DNA of 20,000 nt, taken from an uncultured virus (IMG/VR IMGVR_UViG_3300025108_000038). Lineage: Duplodnaviria > Heunggongvirae > Uroviricota > Caudoviricetes > Crassvirales. A model generated the notes under the pieces. It had not been told where the DNA came from and did no database searches. It saw only the letters and a program-made list of their open reading frames with translations. Of this stretch, positions 1 through 8,274 are shown piece by piece (positions within the stretch are counted from its first letter, which is position 1; every line of letters begins with the position of its first letter). The position numbers were made by a program, and so were the translations under genes. The stretch is from the IMG/VR virus record IMGVR_UViG_3300025108_000038; one strand, 5' to 3'.

Positions 1-1
1 A

Positions 2-325
2 GTAGTGGCAATAGACAGTTCTACTATATTAGAAGTAAGTGCTGACATATTTACTTCTCCAGAATCTTATAAAATATTTTTAGGCGGCCCTAATGGCTCT
101 TCAAGAATAGATTCTTCTGAAGGATGCTTGTTATACGTAGGAAGCAATGAAGGAGTTATGGATGTAGCAAAATCATTTGTAACTGTAAGAGTAAAAACAG
201 TAGCTGGAAGTATAGTTATATTTAGTAATTTCCCAGTAGGTGAGTATTTACCAGTTCAAGTATTACAATTGTATACTACTGGTACGGATGCAGCCGCTGA
301 AAATAGTTGCGTAGCAATTTGGTAA
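2..325 (+). CDS. 5'-partial virion protein with a C-terminal spike-base-like domain (RcGTA Rcc01079-like)
   Basis: The frame is open from position 2, so the true start probably lies upstream of the window. The C-terminal pattern LYVG...VRVKTVAG..VIFSNFPVG.YLPVQV..LYTTGT.A...VAIW matches my recollection of the Rcc01079 head-spike-base family. Confidence 0.55.
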   Translation, partial: VVAIDSSTILEVSADIFTSPESYKIFLGGPNGSSRIDSSEGCLLYVGSNEGVMDVAKSFVTVRVKTVAGSIVIFSNFPVGEYLPVQVLQLYTTGTDAAAENSCVAIW

Positions 326-326
326 T

Positions 327-494
327 ATGAACTTCGATATGTCAGATATAAAATTATACGCTTTAAACGCAACGTCTCTTGTTGTATCTTTTTCACAAAT
401 TGATATGGCTTTAAAAATAATTTTGCTCGCACTAAGTGTTGGGTATACCGCTCAAAAGTGGTACTTATTAAATAAAGAAAGAAAGAACAAATAG
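327..494 (+). CDS. 55-aa small membrane protein, putative holin or antiholin (not in ORF track)
   Basis: ATG327 to TAG494 gives MNFDMSDIKLYALNATSLVVSFSQIDMALKIILLALSVGYTAQKWYLLNKERKNK. It has hydrophobic segments, a basic C-terminal tail and two nearby Met (1 and 5), and lies just upstream of the amidase. Confidence 0.7.
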   Translation: MNFDMSDIKLYALNATSLVVSFSQIDMALKIILLALSVGYTAQKWYLLNKERKNK

Positions 495-527
495 TAAAAG
501 TTCTAAAATCTTAATTAAAAACATAAG

Positions 528-554
528 AGGCACAGAACGACTGTGTCTTTTTTT
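528..554 (+). terminator. Rho-independent terminator
   Basis: AGGCACAG-aacga-CTGTGTCT hairpin (one G-U pair) followed by a T run. Confidence 0.65.
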
Positions 555-565
555 ATATATAAAAT

Positions 566-994
566 ATGAAAAAAGTTGAAAAAATCATTATTCATTGTTC
601 TGCAACAAGGGAGGGTGATGACTCTATTAACGCCGAGGTTATTGATCGCTGGCATAAAAAAAGAGGATGGAAAGGAATAGGATATCATTTTTTAGTTTTA
701 ATAGACGGATCTATTGAACCTGGAAGAATGATAAATAAGTGCGGTGCGCATACAAAGGGTTTGAATTGCAGTTCTATCTCGATTTGTTATGTTGGAGGAG
801 TAGAATCTGAAAAGGATTCAAAAGGAAAATATCCTGCAAAAGACACAAGAACACCAGAGCAAAAGGAAACATTGTTGGACTTATTACGTGTATTACGTAA
901 AATGTATCCAGAAGCAAAAATTCATTCCCATCGAGACTTTGCTGCTAAGGCGTGTCCAAGCTTTGACGCAACTACAGAATATTGTAATATTTAA
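566..994 (+). CDS. N-acetylmuramoyl-L-alanine amidase endolysin (Amidase_2, T7-lysozyme-like)
   Basis: Motifs IIIHCSAT, GWKGIGYHF, GAH, ISICYVGG and HRDFAAKACPSF, giving the His/His/Cys Zn ligands of T7 lysozyme-type amidases. Confidence 0.93.
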   Translation: MKKVEKIIIHCSATREGDDSINAEVIDRWHKKRGWKGIGYHFLVLIDGSIEPGRMINKCGAHTKGLNCSSISICYVGGVESEKDSKGKYPAKDTRTPEQKETLLDLLRVLRKMYPEAKIHSHRDFAAKACPSFDATTEYCNI

Positions 995-1006
995 AAATAA
1001 ATACTT

Positions 1007-1165
1007 ATGGCGAAAAAAGGTAGAACTAAAGGAAATAAAATTTGTGCAGCAGGAATCTCCTGGGCCAAAAGAACTTTTGATAAATACCCAAGTGCATATG
1101 CGAATATGGCGGCAAGCAAATATTGTAAAGATCCTAATTACGGAAAAGGTAAAAAGAAAAAATAA
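1007..1165 (+). CDS. 52-aa highly basic protein with a YPSAYAN motif (not in ORF track)
   Basis: MAKKGRTKGNKICAAGISWAKRTFDKYPSAYANMAASKYCKDPNYGKGKKKK; 15 K/R and 2 Cys. Its TAA overlaps the next ATG (TAATG). The PSAYAN motif is one I recall from uncharacterised aquatic-virus proteins (DUF5872-like). Confidence 0.8.
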   Translation: MAKKGRTKGNKICAAGISWAKRTFDKYPSAYANMAASKYCKDPNYGKGKKKK

Positions 1166-1395
1166 TGGGAGAGCTAAAGAAATGGCGTGAGCAGAATTGG
1201 GTTAGAATAGGCACTGATGGAAAAATCAAAGGCAAGTGTGGCACTTCTAAAAATAAGAAGAATCCAGATAGATGTTTGCCATTATCAAAAGCCAGAAGAT
1301 TATCGAAAAGTAAACTTAGAGCTACTGCGAAAAAAAAGAAAAGAGAAGGAGCTAAAGGAAAACAGTTTGTTAGAAACGTAAAAGGAGTAAGGTAA
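1165..1395 (+). CDS. 76-aa highly basic protein (LKKW..Q.W...CG...RCLP; DUF5872-like)
   Basis: 27 K/R and 2 Cys; TAATG coupling at both ends. Confidence 0.8.
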   Translation: MGELKKWREQNWVRIGTDGKIKGKCGTSKNKKNPDRCLPLSKARRLSKSKLRATAKKKKREGAKGKQFVRNVKGVR

Positions 1396-1676
1396 TGGCA
1401 ATAAGAAAAACTACAAAAGGTAAAAACGCTAATTATAGAGCTACTAAAAAAGGTGCAGGCATGACTAAAAAAGGAGTTGCCGCGTACAGAAGAGCTAATC
1501 CAGGCAGTAAGTTAAAAACCGCTGTTACTGGAAAAGTAAAGCCTGGGAGTAAAAGAGCTAAAAGAAGAAAATCTTATTGCGCAAGATCATTAGGTCAACT
1601 AAAAAGATCAAGCGCTAAAACACAAAATGATCCTAACTCAAGAATAAGACAAGCAAGAAAACGCTGGAAGTGCTAA
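1395..1676 (+). CDS. 93-aa highly basic protein (NPGSKLKT...RRKSYCAR...DPNSR...RWKC; DUF6321-like)
   Basis: 31 K/R, one Asp and 2 Cys. The motif is one I recall from many marine phage hypothetical proteins; the family name is from memory. Confidence 0.8.
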   Translation: MAIRKTTKGKNANYRATKKGAGMTKKGVAAYRRANPGSKLKTAVTGKVKPGSKRAKRRKSYCARSLGQLKRSSAKTQNDPNSRIRQARKRWKC

Positions 1677-1692
1677 CTTAAAACATATAAAA

Positions 1693-2088
1693 ATGAAAAA
1701 AATATTAAACTGGTTTGGTAGTAATGTTCTAAAAGATTTATTAGGAGGTTTAGACAAGTTATTTACTTCTAAAGAAGAAAAGATTAAAGCGGAAGCATTA
1801 ATAAAAGAAATTATTTTAAGTAAGCAATTAGAGCTACAAAGAATGCAAGCTGATATTATTATTGCAGAAGCAAAGGGTAATTGGCTTCAAAGAAGCTGGA
1901 GACCTGTTCTTATGTTGTGTTTTGGTTTTATAGTTATGTATGTAAAGTTTTTTGCACCTTTATTTGGGTGGCAAATTCCTGAGTTAGAAAATGAATTTTG
2001 GAACTTGCTACAATTAGGTATAGGAGGTTATGTTGTTGGTAGAAGTGCTGAAAAAATATCTAAGAATATCACCATTTCTAAAAAATAA
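1693..2088 (+). CDS. Holin of the 3TM (GTA holin-like) family
   Basis: N-terminal amphipathic helix and coiled coil, WLQRSWRP followed by a hydrophobic TM segment, then LLQLGIGGYVVGRSAEK. These are signature motifs of the GTA_holin_3TM family. Confidence 0.8.
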   Translation: MKKILNWFGSNVLKDLLGGLDKLFTSKEEKIKAEALIKEIILSKQLELQRMQADIIIAEAKGNWLQRSWRPVLMLCFGFIVMYVKFFAPLFGWQIPELENEFWNLLQLGIGGYVVGRSAEKISKNITISKK

Positions 2089-2106
2089 ACATAGAAAAAA
2101 AAAGAT

Positions 2107-2114
2107 TAACTTTG
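2107..2114 (+). promoter_or_regulatory. Bacteroidota sigma70 -7 element TAACTTTG
   Basis: TAnnTTTG consensus, intergenic, 24 nt upstream of ATG2139. Confidence 0.7.
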
Positions 2115-2138
2115 TATTTGTAAAAACAAGCAAATTAA

Positions 2139-2849
2139 ATGGCAAGAATAAGTACATACGGAAATGACACCAATGTTGTAGGGGCTGATAAATGGATTGG
2201 ATCTGACTCTCAGAACAACATGGAGACTAAGAATTTTACTGCTCAAGCTGTTGCTGATTTTATTAATAAAACTGGAGGACAAGCTCAAAATCTTCGATAT
2301 ACTTATAATGACACAACAGGATATGAAACAGGAACTCTTTCTTTTGTAAATGGAGGAGCTGCGGATGTTTTATTAAGTAGTATTACTACTATAGAGGCAG
2401 GTATATACGATCAGAGAAGTGAAACATTAGATATATCTGAATTTATAACAGGAGCATTAGATCAGTCTGAAATATTATTAACTGATTGTACAGATATAGC
2501 TAACTGGGCAATATATGCTGTTACTTCTGCTGTAAAAGGCGCAAATTTTAAAGTGACTTTAGATTTAACATTTAAGGCAGGGGGTGGGAGCTTAATCGCA
2601 AATAAAGATTATTTCATATCTTTGCTAAAGTATGATAATATTGGTGGTGGAGATTTAAATTTCACAGTAGGAATACCTGGAAACAGTCTCACTTATTTAA
2701 TAACTCATAATTTAAATAAATTCCCAGCAGTTTCTGTTTTTGAAGACGGAACTCAAAAGGAAATATTTGGAGAAGTAACATATAATAATTTAAACCAGTG
2801 TACTTTAACTTTTACAAGTTTAGTTACTGGAACAGCAACATTTAATTAA
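2139..2849 (+). CDS. Virion fibre-associated structural protein
   Basis: T/G/N-rich, beta-type composition. It shares an N-terminal MARIS...D..IGSD..NN..TK motif with 8536..9069 and a C-terminal THNL.K.P.VSV domain with 2861..5407. Confidence 0.65.
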   Translation: MARISTYGNDTNVVGADKWIGSDSQNNMETKNFTAQAVADFINKTGGQAQNLRYTYNDTTGYETGTLSFVNGGAADVLLSSITTIEAGIYDQRSETLDISEFITGALDQSEILLTDCTDIANWAIYAVTSAVKGANFKVTLDLTFKAGGGSLIANKDYFISLLKYDNIGGGDLNFTVGIPGNSLTYLITHNLNKFPAVSVFEDGTQKEIFGEVTYNNLNQCTLTFTSLVTGTATFN

Positions 2850-2860
2850 AAAAAAGAATT

Positions 2861-5407
2861 ATGGCAATAGGGTATTTAACTAACATTGATCTTAACAATA
2901 ATCAGGTCAAAGATTTTAAGATCGACAACGTAACCTCAGATCCAACAGGATTAGCTGGTGAAGGACAAATGATATATAGAACTGATACTAATCAGATGAA
3001 GTATCATACAGGTTCTAATAACTGGGTGGCGTTTGGAACAAGCGGAGGTACAGTTACTTCTATTAATTTAGGGAGTAGTACATCTACAATTAGTGTATCT
3101 GGAGGCCCTATTACTACAAGTGGAACTATACAAGTTAATTTACCAACTTCTGGAGTTACAGCAGGATCATATACAAGCGCTGACATTACAGTTAATGCTT
3201 ATGGTATAATCACCGCTGCTTCTGATGGTGGAGCAGGAACAATGAGTAACTGGTCATTAACAGCTGATTCAGGAGGAACTGCTACAATATCAGATGGTGA
3301 TACAGTTGATATTTCTGGTAGCACTTATATAACTACACTAAGAAGTGGAGACAATGTAAGTATAGCTCATGATGCTACTTCAAGATCAAATACAACGTCT
3401 ACTGGCGCGCCAGCTGCTGGAGCAACTTTTACTGCAATTGATTCTGTAGTCACAAACTCAACAGGTCACGTAACTGGTGTTAATACAAAAACAGTTACTA
3501 TGCCAGCTGATCAACAAGGAGTTACTTCTGTTGCAACTGGGAACGGAATATCAGGTGGAACAATAACCTCAACAGGTACTTTAACTGTTGGAGCTGGAGC
3601 TGGTTTATCACAATCATCTACAGGATTATTAGTAGACTATTTAGGAACTGATAATGTTATATTATCTGCTGCTGATGGTGTTACAACACCAATAACTGTA
3701 GCCGCTGGAGATAGAATAATGATAAGTGACGCTACGGATAACAATGTTAAATATGTAAACATATCACAATTAACCGCAGCTGTTGGTGGAGGTACAGTTA
3801 CTTCTGTAAATGTAAAAACAGATGGTACTTCTTTAAATGTTGCGTCTAATAGTATTACTTCGAGCGGAACAATGACAATGGTTTGGCAAGGTAGCACTTC
3901 TCAGTATGTTAATGGTGCTGGAGATTTAGTAACTTTCCCATCTATTCCAACAGTAGGGAATGGAACGCTAACAGTACAAGGTACAGGAGCATTAGGTGGT
4001 TCTGGAACATTTACAGCTAATCAATCAGGTAATACAACTATATCTGTAACTCATGACAATTTTACAGATACAGAAACTACAGACACTGCTGCTTTATCAT
4101 TTGGGGGAACATTTGATGCGTATACAGAAGTAACAACTAATGCAACAGGACACGTTACAGGACATGAGGTAACAACATTTACACTTCCTGCTAATCCAAA
4201 TGTAAATACAACTTCTTTACCAGTTAAAAATAGTGGAGGAACTACACAGTTTACATCTACTGAAACAACAGGTGTTAGATTTGCAGGTTCAGGCGCTACA
4301 TCAGTAGCATTTGCTCCTGGAACTCAAAAAGTTACAATCAGTTCAACTGACAATAACGAAACATATACTTTACCAGTTGCTTCTGGTGGTAGCAACTCTG
4401 CTGCAATACAATTAACAGCTGGTGGTACTGGTTCAGGTGTAAAATCAACTGTTACATTTAATGGTACTACAAACGAAATACAGGTTACGGAATCTACTGG
4501 AAATAATGGTAGTGTTACTATTGGTTTACCAAATGACGTTACAATCACTTCTGACTTAACGGTTGGAGATAATTTAACGCTAACAAGTGGTAACTTAAGT
4601 GTTACAGGTACAGGTTCTTTTACAGGACAAGTAACAATTCCTGTGACTCCAACAGCATCAGCTCACGCAGCTTCTAAGAGTTATGTAGACTCTACGCTGG
4701 CAGGTTCAGGAGCTTTAATATTCCAAGGTGGATATAACGCAGCAACTAACACGCCTGATTTAGATGTTTCTCCAAGTGCATCTATTAAACAAGGTTGGAC
4801 ATATGCAGTAACAGCAGCTGGTAACTTTTTTGGAGAAGCAGTTGAAGATGGTGATTTACTTATTGCAGAATCAGACTCTCCAACAGCATTATCTGATTGG
4901 ACAGTTGTTCAGAATAATATTGGCGTTGCAACCGATGGGGCTACAGACGGAGGAACAACTAAAGGTATAGCAGGATTTGATAGCGGAAGTTTTGGAGTTA
5001 GTACAAATGGATGGGTAACATTAAAACCTCGAAGCACGTCAGGTACTTACGGAGATGCTAACGAAACAGTAACTCTTACAGTTAATAACGCTGGTATTAT
5101 TACTTCAGCTTCAGAACAAGCAATTGCAATAACAGCATCTCAGGTAACTGATTTCTGTAATGCAGTCGATACTTGTGTTGCTGATAACGGAGTAACTGCA
5201 AATATTGGAGACGGAACTGCTGTTGCTTACCAAATAAATCATAACTTAGGCACAAGAAATGTAATTGTTTCATGCTACAGAAACTCTGCGCCATACGATA
5301 CAGTAATGTTAGATGTTGAGAGAACAAGTACAAATCAGGTTACTTTAAGAACAACAACTGCTTTAGCTTCTAACGCTGTTTCAGTTATTATTACAAAAGT
5401 AACATAG
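2861..5407 (+). CDS. Long G/T/S-rich tail or head fibre protein
   Basis: 848 aa with repeated GTVTSV, TGHVTG and ITVNxxGIIT segments, an AASKSYVD motif, an FQGGYNAATNTP domain and a C-terminal HNLG domain. Confidence 0.8.
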   Translation: MAIGYLTNIDLNNNQVKDFKIDNVTSDPTGLAGEGQMIYRTDTNQMKYHTGSNNWVAFGTSGGTVTSINLGSSTSTISVSGGPITTSGTIQVNLPTSGVTAGSYTSADITVNAYGIITAASDGGAGTMSNWSLTADSGGTATISDGDTVDISGSTYITTLRSGDNVSIAHDATSRSNTTSTGAPAAGATFTAIDSVVTNSTGHVTGVNTKTVTMPADQQGVTSVATGNGISGGTITSTGTLTVGAGAGLSQSSTGLLVDYLGTDNVILSAADGVTTPITVAAGDRIMISDATDNNVKYVNISQLTAAVGGGTVTSVNVKTDGTSLNVASNSITSSGTMTMVWQGSTSQYVNGAGDLVTFPSIPTVGNGTLTVQGTGALGGSGTFTANQSGNTTISVTHDNFTDTETTDTAALSFGGTFDAYTEVTTNATGHVTGHEVTTFTLPANPNVNTTSLPVKNSGGTTQFTSTETTGVRFAGSGATSVAFAPGTQKVTISSTDNNETYTLPVASGGSNSAAIQLTAGGTGSGVKSTVTFNGTTNEIQVTESTGNNGSVTIGLPNDVTITSDLTVGDNLTLTSGNLSVTGTGSFTGQVTIPVTPTASAHAASKSYVDSTLAGSGALIFQGGYNAATNTPDLDVSPSASIKQGWTYAVTAAGNFFGEAVEDGDLLIAESDSPTALSDWTVVQNNIGVATDGATDGGTTKGIAGFDSGSFGVSTNGWVTLKPRSTSGTYGDANETVTLTVNNAGIITSASEQAIAITASQVTDFCNAVDTCVADNGVTANIGDGTAVAYQINHNLGTRNVIVSCYRNSAPYDTVMLDVERTSTNQVTLRTTTALASNAVSVIITKVT
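3044..3805 (+). repeat. Exact 18-bp direct repeat GGAGGTACAGTTACTTCT (3044-3061 and 3788-3805)
   Basis: Read directly. Both copies encode GGTVTS at module junctions of the fibre. Confidence 0.85.
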
Positions 5408-5440
5408 TAGTATGTAACCTTTTAAAATAAATTCAATAAT

Positions 5441-8224
5441 ATGGCCATTAGTTTTTTAACAGGCGAATCTGTAGATGGATTAATAACAGCCAATGAAGGT
5501 GTTCAGTTTTCTGGCGGTTCTATTGGCACAGCAAAGACTGTCTTACACACAAATAATGTGATATATTCACGAGGTGGTAGTGGGGGTATGTTCTTACAAA
5601 ACTCAGACGGTAGCGATGGTATATTTATAGCAAACGATCACGTTAGGGTTGAAACAAATAGTTCAGAACGATTACGCATTGACAATTCAGGTGATTCAAC
5701 TTTTACAGGAAATGTAAACGTTGGTGGTGATGCGACTTTTAATGCTGGTGTTGTTAAGAAAGGTTCGGGTGGATATTACTTGCAAACAAGCGGTGGTGCT
5801 TTTAGAGCTGCTTTTTGGGATAATGGTAGTGAAACAGCCATTTTTGCAGATGGTAATGGTTCAACAGCTGCTTTAGTAATAAATGATAATAATACAACTT
5901 TTGCAGGTGATATTACAGTATCTGGCGGTGATATTGTCTTAGGTGGTACAGGAAGAATACAAGGAGTAGATACAGTAAGTGCTAATACAGATGCAGCGAA
6001 CAAGCTGTACGTTGATAACGCTATAGCAGGTACATCGCAAGGTACTGTAACAAGTGTAACTGCAGGTGATGGTATGACACAAAGTGGTACTTCAACTGTT
6101 AATCCAACATTAAATGTTGTTGGAGGTGATGGTATAACCGCTAATGCAAACGATGTTGAAATAACGCCTGCTCAAACAACTATAACAAGTATACACAACA
6201 CTGGTTTAGAAATTGGTGGCGCTACTGGTGTAAACGAGATTAGTTTTGGTGCAGGAAAAATAGCATTTTCAGCTAATAGTACCAACGTATACCATGTATA
6301 TAGTGGTGGTGTTAGACCTTCTTCAAATAACACAATGACACTTGGTACGTCTGGGCAGAAGTGGTCATCAGTATACGCAACAACATTTTTAGGTTCTTTA
6401 AATGGTACGATAAATACTGCTACGACAGGAGTAACACAATCACAAGGAAATAATAGCACGAAAATAGCTACAACCGCTTATGTAGACAGTTATAATAGTG
6501 GAGTGCAAACTATCAATGAAGGAGTTGGTATAAAAAAATCAGGTACAGCTTCAAGTGTTACTATTTCTGCAAATTACGATTCTGGAGATACTGATAATTT
6601 AATATTTGGAGCTAACTTTTATGCGTCTGCTGTTGGAGCAAAACCATATACTCCATATATAATAGCCTCAGAATCTAATCCTGGAGTTACCTTCGGAGAG
6701 GTTAAAAACATTAGACTACAAGCTATACCTTTAGATCGCTTTGGAGATGCTACAAGCACTATCGACATGGGAGGAAATAAAATCCTTGATGTCGCTAATC
6801 CAACTTCAGCTCAAGACGCAGCTACAAAAGCATACGTAGATGCAAACTCAGGTTCAGGTACTGTAACAGGGACTGGATCAAATACTCGTGTAGCTTTTTG
6901 GAGTAGCAGTTCAGCCTTAACGTCTGATGCAGATTTAACATTTGCTACTGCAACCAATAGATTATCTTCAGGTAGTTATATAATAAAAAACAATGGTAGT
7001 TATTTAGGAACAGATACAAGTGGTTCAGCAAGAACATTAATTACGTTAGACAACAGCAATAATGTTGAAGTTTCACACTCAGCTTTATCGTTAAATTCTG
7101 ATACTAATATATATTTTGGAGATAATTTTAGGGTAAAAGATGGAGGTAATACTCGACTTTTAATACAGTCAAATGGTACTATGTCTAACGGAGGAAATAC
7201 ATTTAATTGTGGCCCAATAAATTTAGAGGAAGACAATAAAATTACATTTGATGATGATGGTGATCAATGGAATTGGATTCAGGCTACAGGCGGCGAAATG
7301 GAAATGGCAGTTGGTCAAACGCTAACATTAACAAACGAAGAAGAAAATCTGTATGGTGAAATAGCAGTACAGCACCTAAACACCATTATTGGTGATAATA
7401 TAACTAATAGTAATGCTACATACCTACCTGTTTATACAGACTCAGCGAGTACCACAACTCCAAGAAGAGAAAGGATTCAAACACCAAGCACATTTTTAGC
7501 AAATGCAGGGGGTGTAACAGGTAATGGGACAAGCGGAAGGGTAGCTTTTTTTACAGCAGGCAGAAACATCAATTCTGATACTTTATATTGGAACTCAAGC
7601 ACTAATGTTTTAGGTATAAACTACAGTGGATCTACATTTAATCAAGGAGCATTGCAAATACAAGGGCCTACATCAAACACAGGTCAAATAGGTTTACAAA
7701 TATATAATTCTACATTCGGTTCACCTTATGGCTCGCATGGTATATTTGTTAATGGGCCAAGATATGGAAACGCTGGTATATCTATTAAAAATCCAAATGT
7801 AGGAACTACATTCATGAGGTTTTACAATAGTTCTGGATCTACTTGTGGTACTATAACTCAAAACGGAACTTCAAGCACGTCTTTTAATACAAGTTCTGAT
7901 TATAGGTTAAAGGAGAATATTATACCTATGACTGGTTCAATAGACAGATTAAAGCAGTTAAAGCCATCTAAGTTTAATTTTATTAATAAGGATAATTTAA
8001 CTAAGGAAGCAACTCCAACTGTTGACGGATTTATAGCTCATGAGGTTTCTGATATTATTCCAGAGGCTATTACAGGAGAAAAAGACGGATTAGATTATGA
8101 AGGTAATCCTGAGTATCAATCAATTGATCAATCAAAAATAGTTCCTTTATTAACAGGAGCATTACAAGAAGCTATATCTAAAATAGAATCTTTAGAAGCA
8201 AGAATAAAAGCATTGGAATCATAA
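5441..8224 (+). CDS. Tail fibre / receptor-binding protein with C-terminal peptidase S74 intramolecular chaperone
   Basis: SSDYRLKENI (Ser codon at 7895), GFIAHEV, IPEAITGEKD, IDQSKIVPLL and a terminal coiled coil define the S74 autocleaving chaperone. The body carries ERLRIDNSG and several A.xK.YVD motifs typical of fibres. Confidence 0.9.
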   Translation: MAISFLTGESVDGLITANEGVQFSGGSIGTAKTVLHTNNVIYSRGGSGGMFLQNSDGSDGIFIANDHVRVETNSSERLRIDNSGDSTFTGNVNVGGDATFNAGVVKKGSGGYYLQTSGGAFRAAFWDNGSETAIFADGNGSTAALVINDNNTTFAGDITVSGGDIVLGGTGRIQGVDTVSANTDAANKLYVDNAIAGTSQGTVTSVTAGDGMTQSGTSTVNPTLNVVGGDGITANANDVEITPAQTTITSIHNTGLEIGGATGVNEISFGAGKIAFSANSTNVYHVYSGGVRPSSNNTMTLGTSGQKWSSVYATTFLGSLNGTINTATTGVTQSQGNNSTKIATTAYVDSYNSGVQTINEGVGIKKSGTASSVTISANYDSGDTDNLIFGANFYASAVGAKPYTPYIIASESNPGVTFGEVKNIRLQAIPLDRFGDATSTIDMGGNKILDVANPTSAQDAATKAYVDANSGSGTVTGTGSNTRVAFWSSSSALTSDADLTFATATNRLSSGSYIIKNNGSYLGTDTSGSARTLITLDNSNNVEVSHSALSLNSDTNIYFGDNFRVKDGGNTRLLIQSNGTMSNGGNTFNCGPINLEEDNKITFDDDGDQWNWIQATGGEMEMAVGQTLTLTNEEENLYGEIAVQHLNTIIGDNITNSNATYLPVYTDSASTTTPRRERIQTPSTFLANAGGVTGNGTSGRVAFFTAGRNINSDTLYWNSSTNVLGINYSGSTFNQGALQIQGPTSNTGQIGLQIYNSTFGSPYGSHGIFVNGPRYGNAGISIKNPNVGTTFMRFYNSSGSTCGTITQNGTSSTSFNTSSDYRLKENIIPMTGSIDRLKQLKPSKFNFINKDNLTKEATPTVDGFIAHEVSDIIPEAITGEKDGLDYEGNPEYQSIDQSKIVPLLTGALQEAISKIESLEARIKALES

Positions 8225-8236
8225 GAAAAATATTCT

Positions 8237-8244
8237 TATATTTG
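8237..8244 (+). promoter_or_regulatory. Bacteroidota -7 element TATATTTG
   Basis: TAnnTTTG, intergenic, 30 nt upstream of ATG8275. Confidence 0.7.
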
Positions 8245-8274
8245 TGTTAAGTTTAATAAATAAAATATAATCAA

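Noticed and set aside
888..1190. 100-aa + strand ORF from the track
   Set aside because: It overlaps the amidase and the 76-aa gene. The ORF at 1007..1165 in another frame fits the gap exactly, with an ATG, TAATG coupling and a recognisable motif.
2106..7236. Minus-strand ORFs (2106, 3004, 3637, 4324, 5100, 5776, 6172, 7000)
   Set aside because: Antisense shadows of G/T/S-rich fibre genes; their P/V/L-rich translations reflect the codon bias of the + strand.
2861..8224. Diversity-generating retroelement acting on fibre genes
   Set aside because: No reverse transcriptase, and no ~100-bp repeat pair differing only at adenines, was seen in the window.
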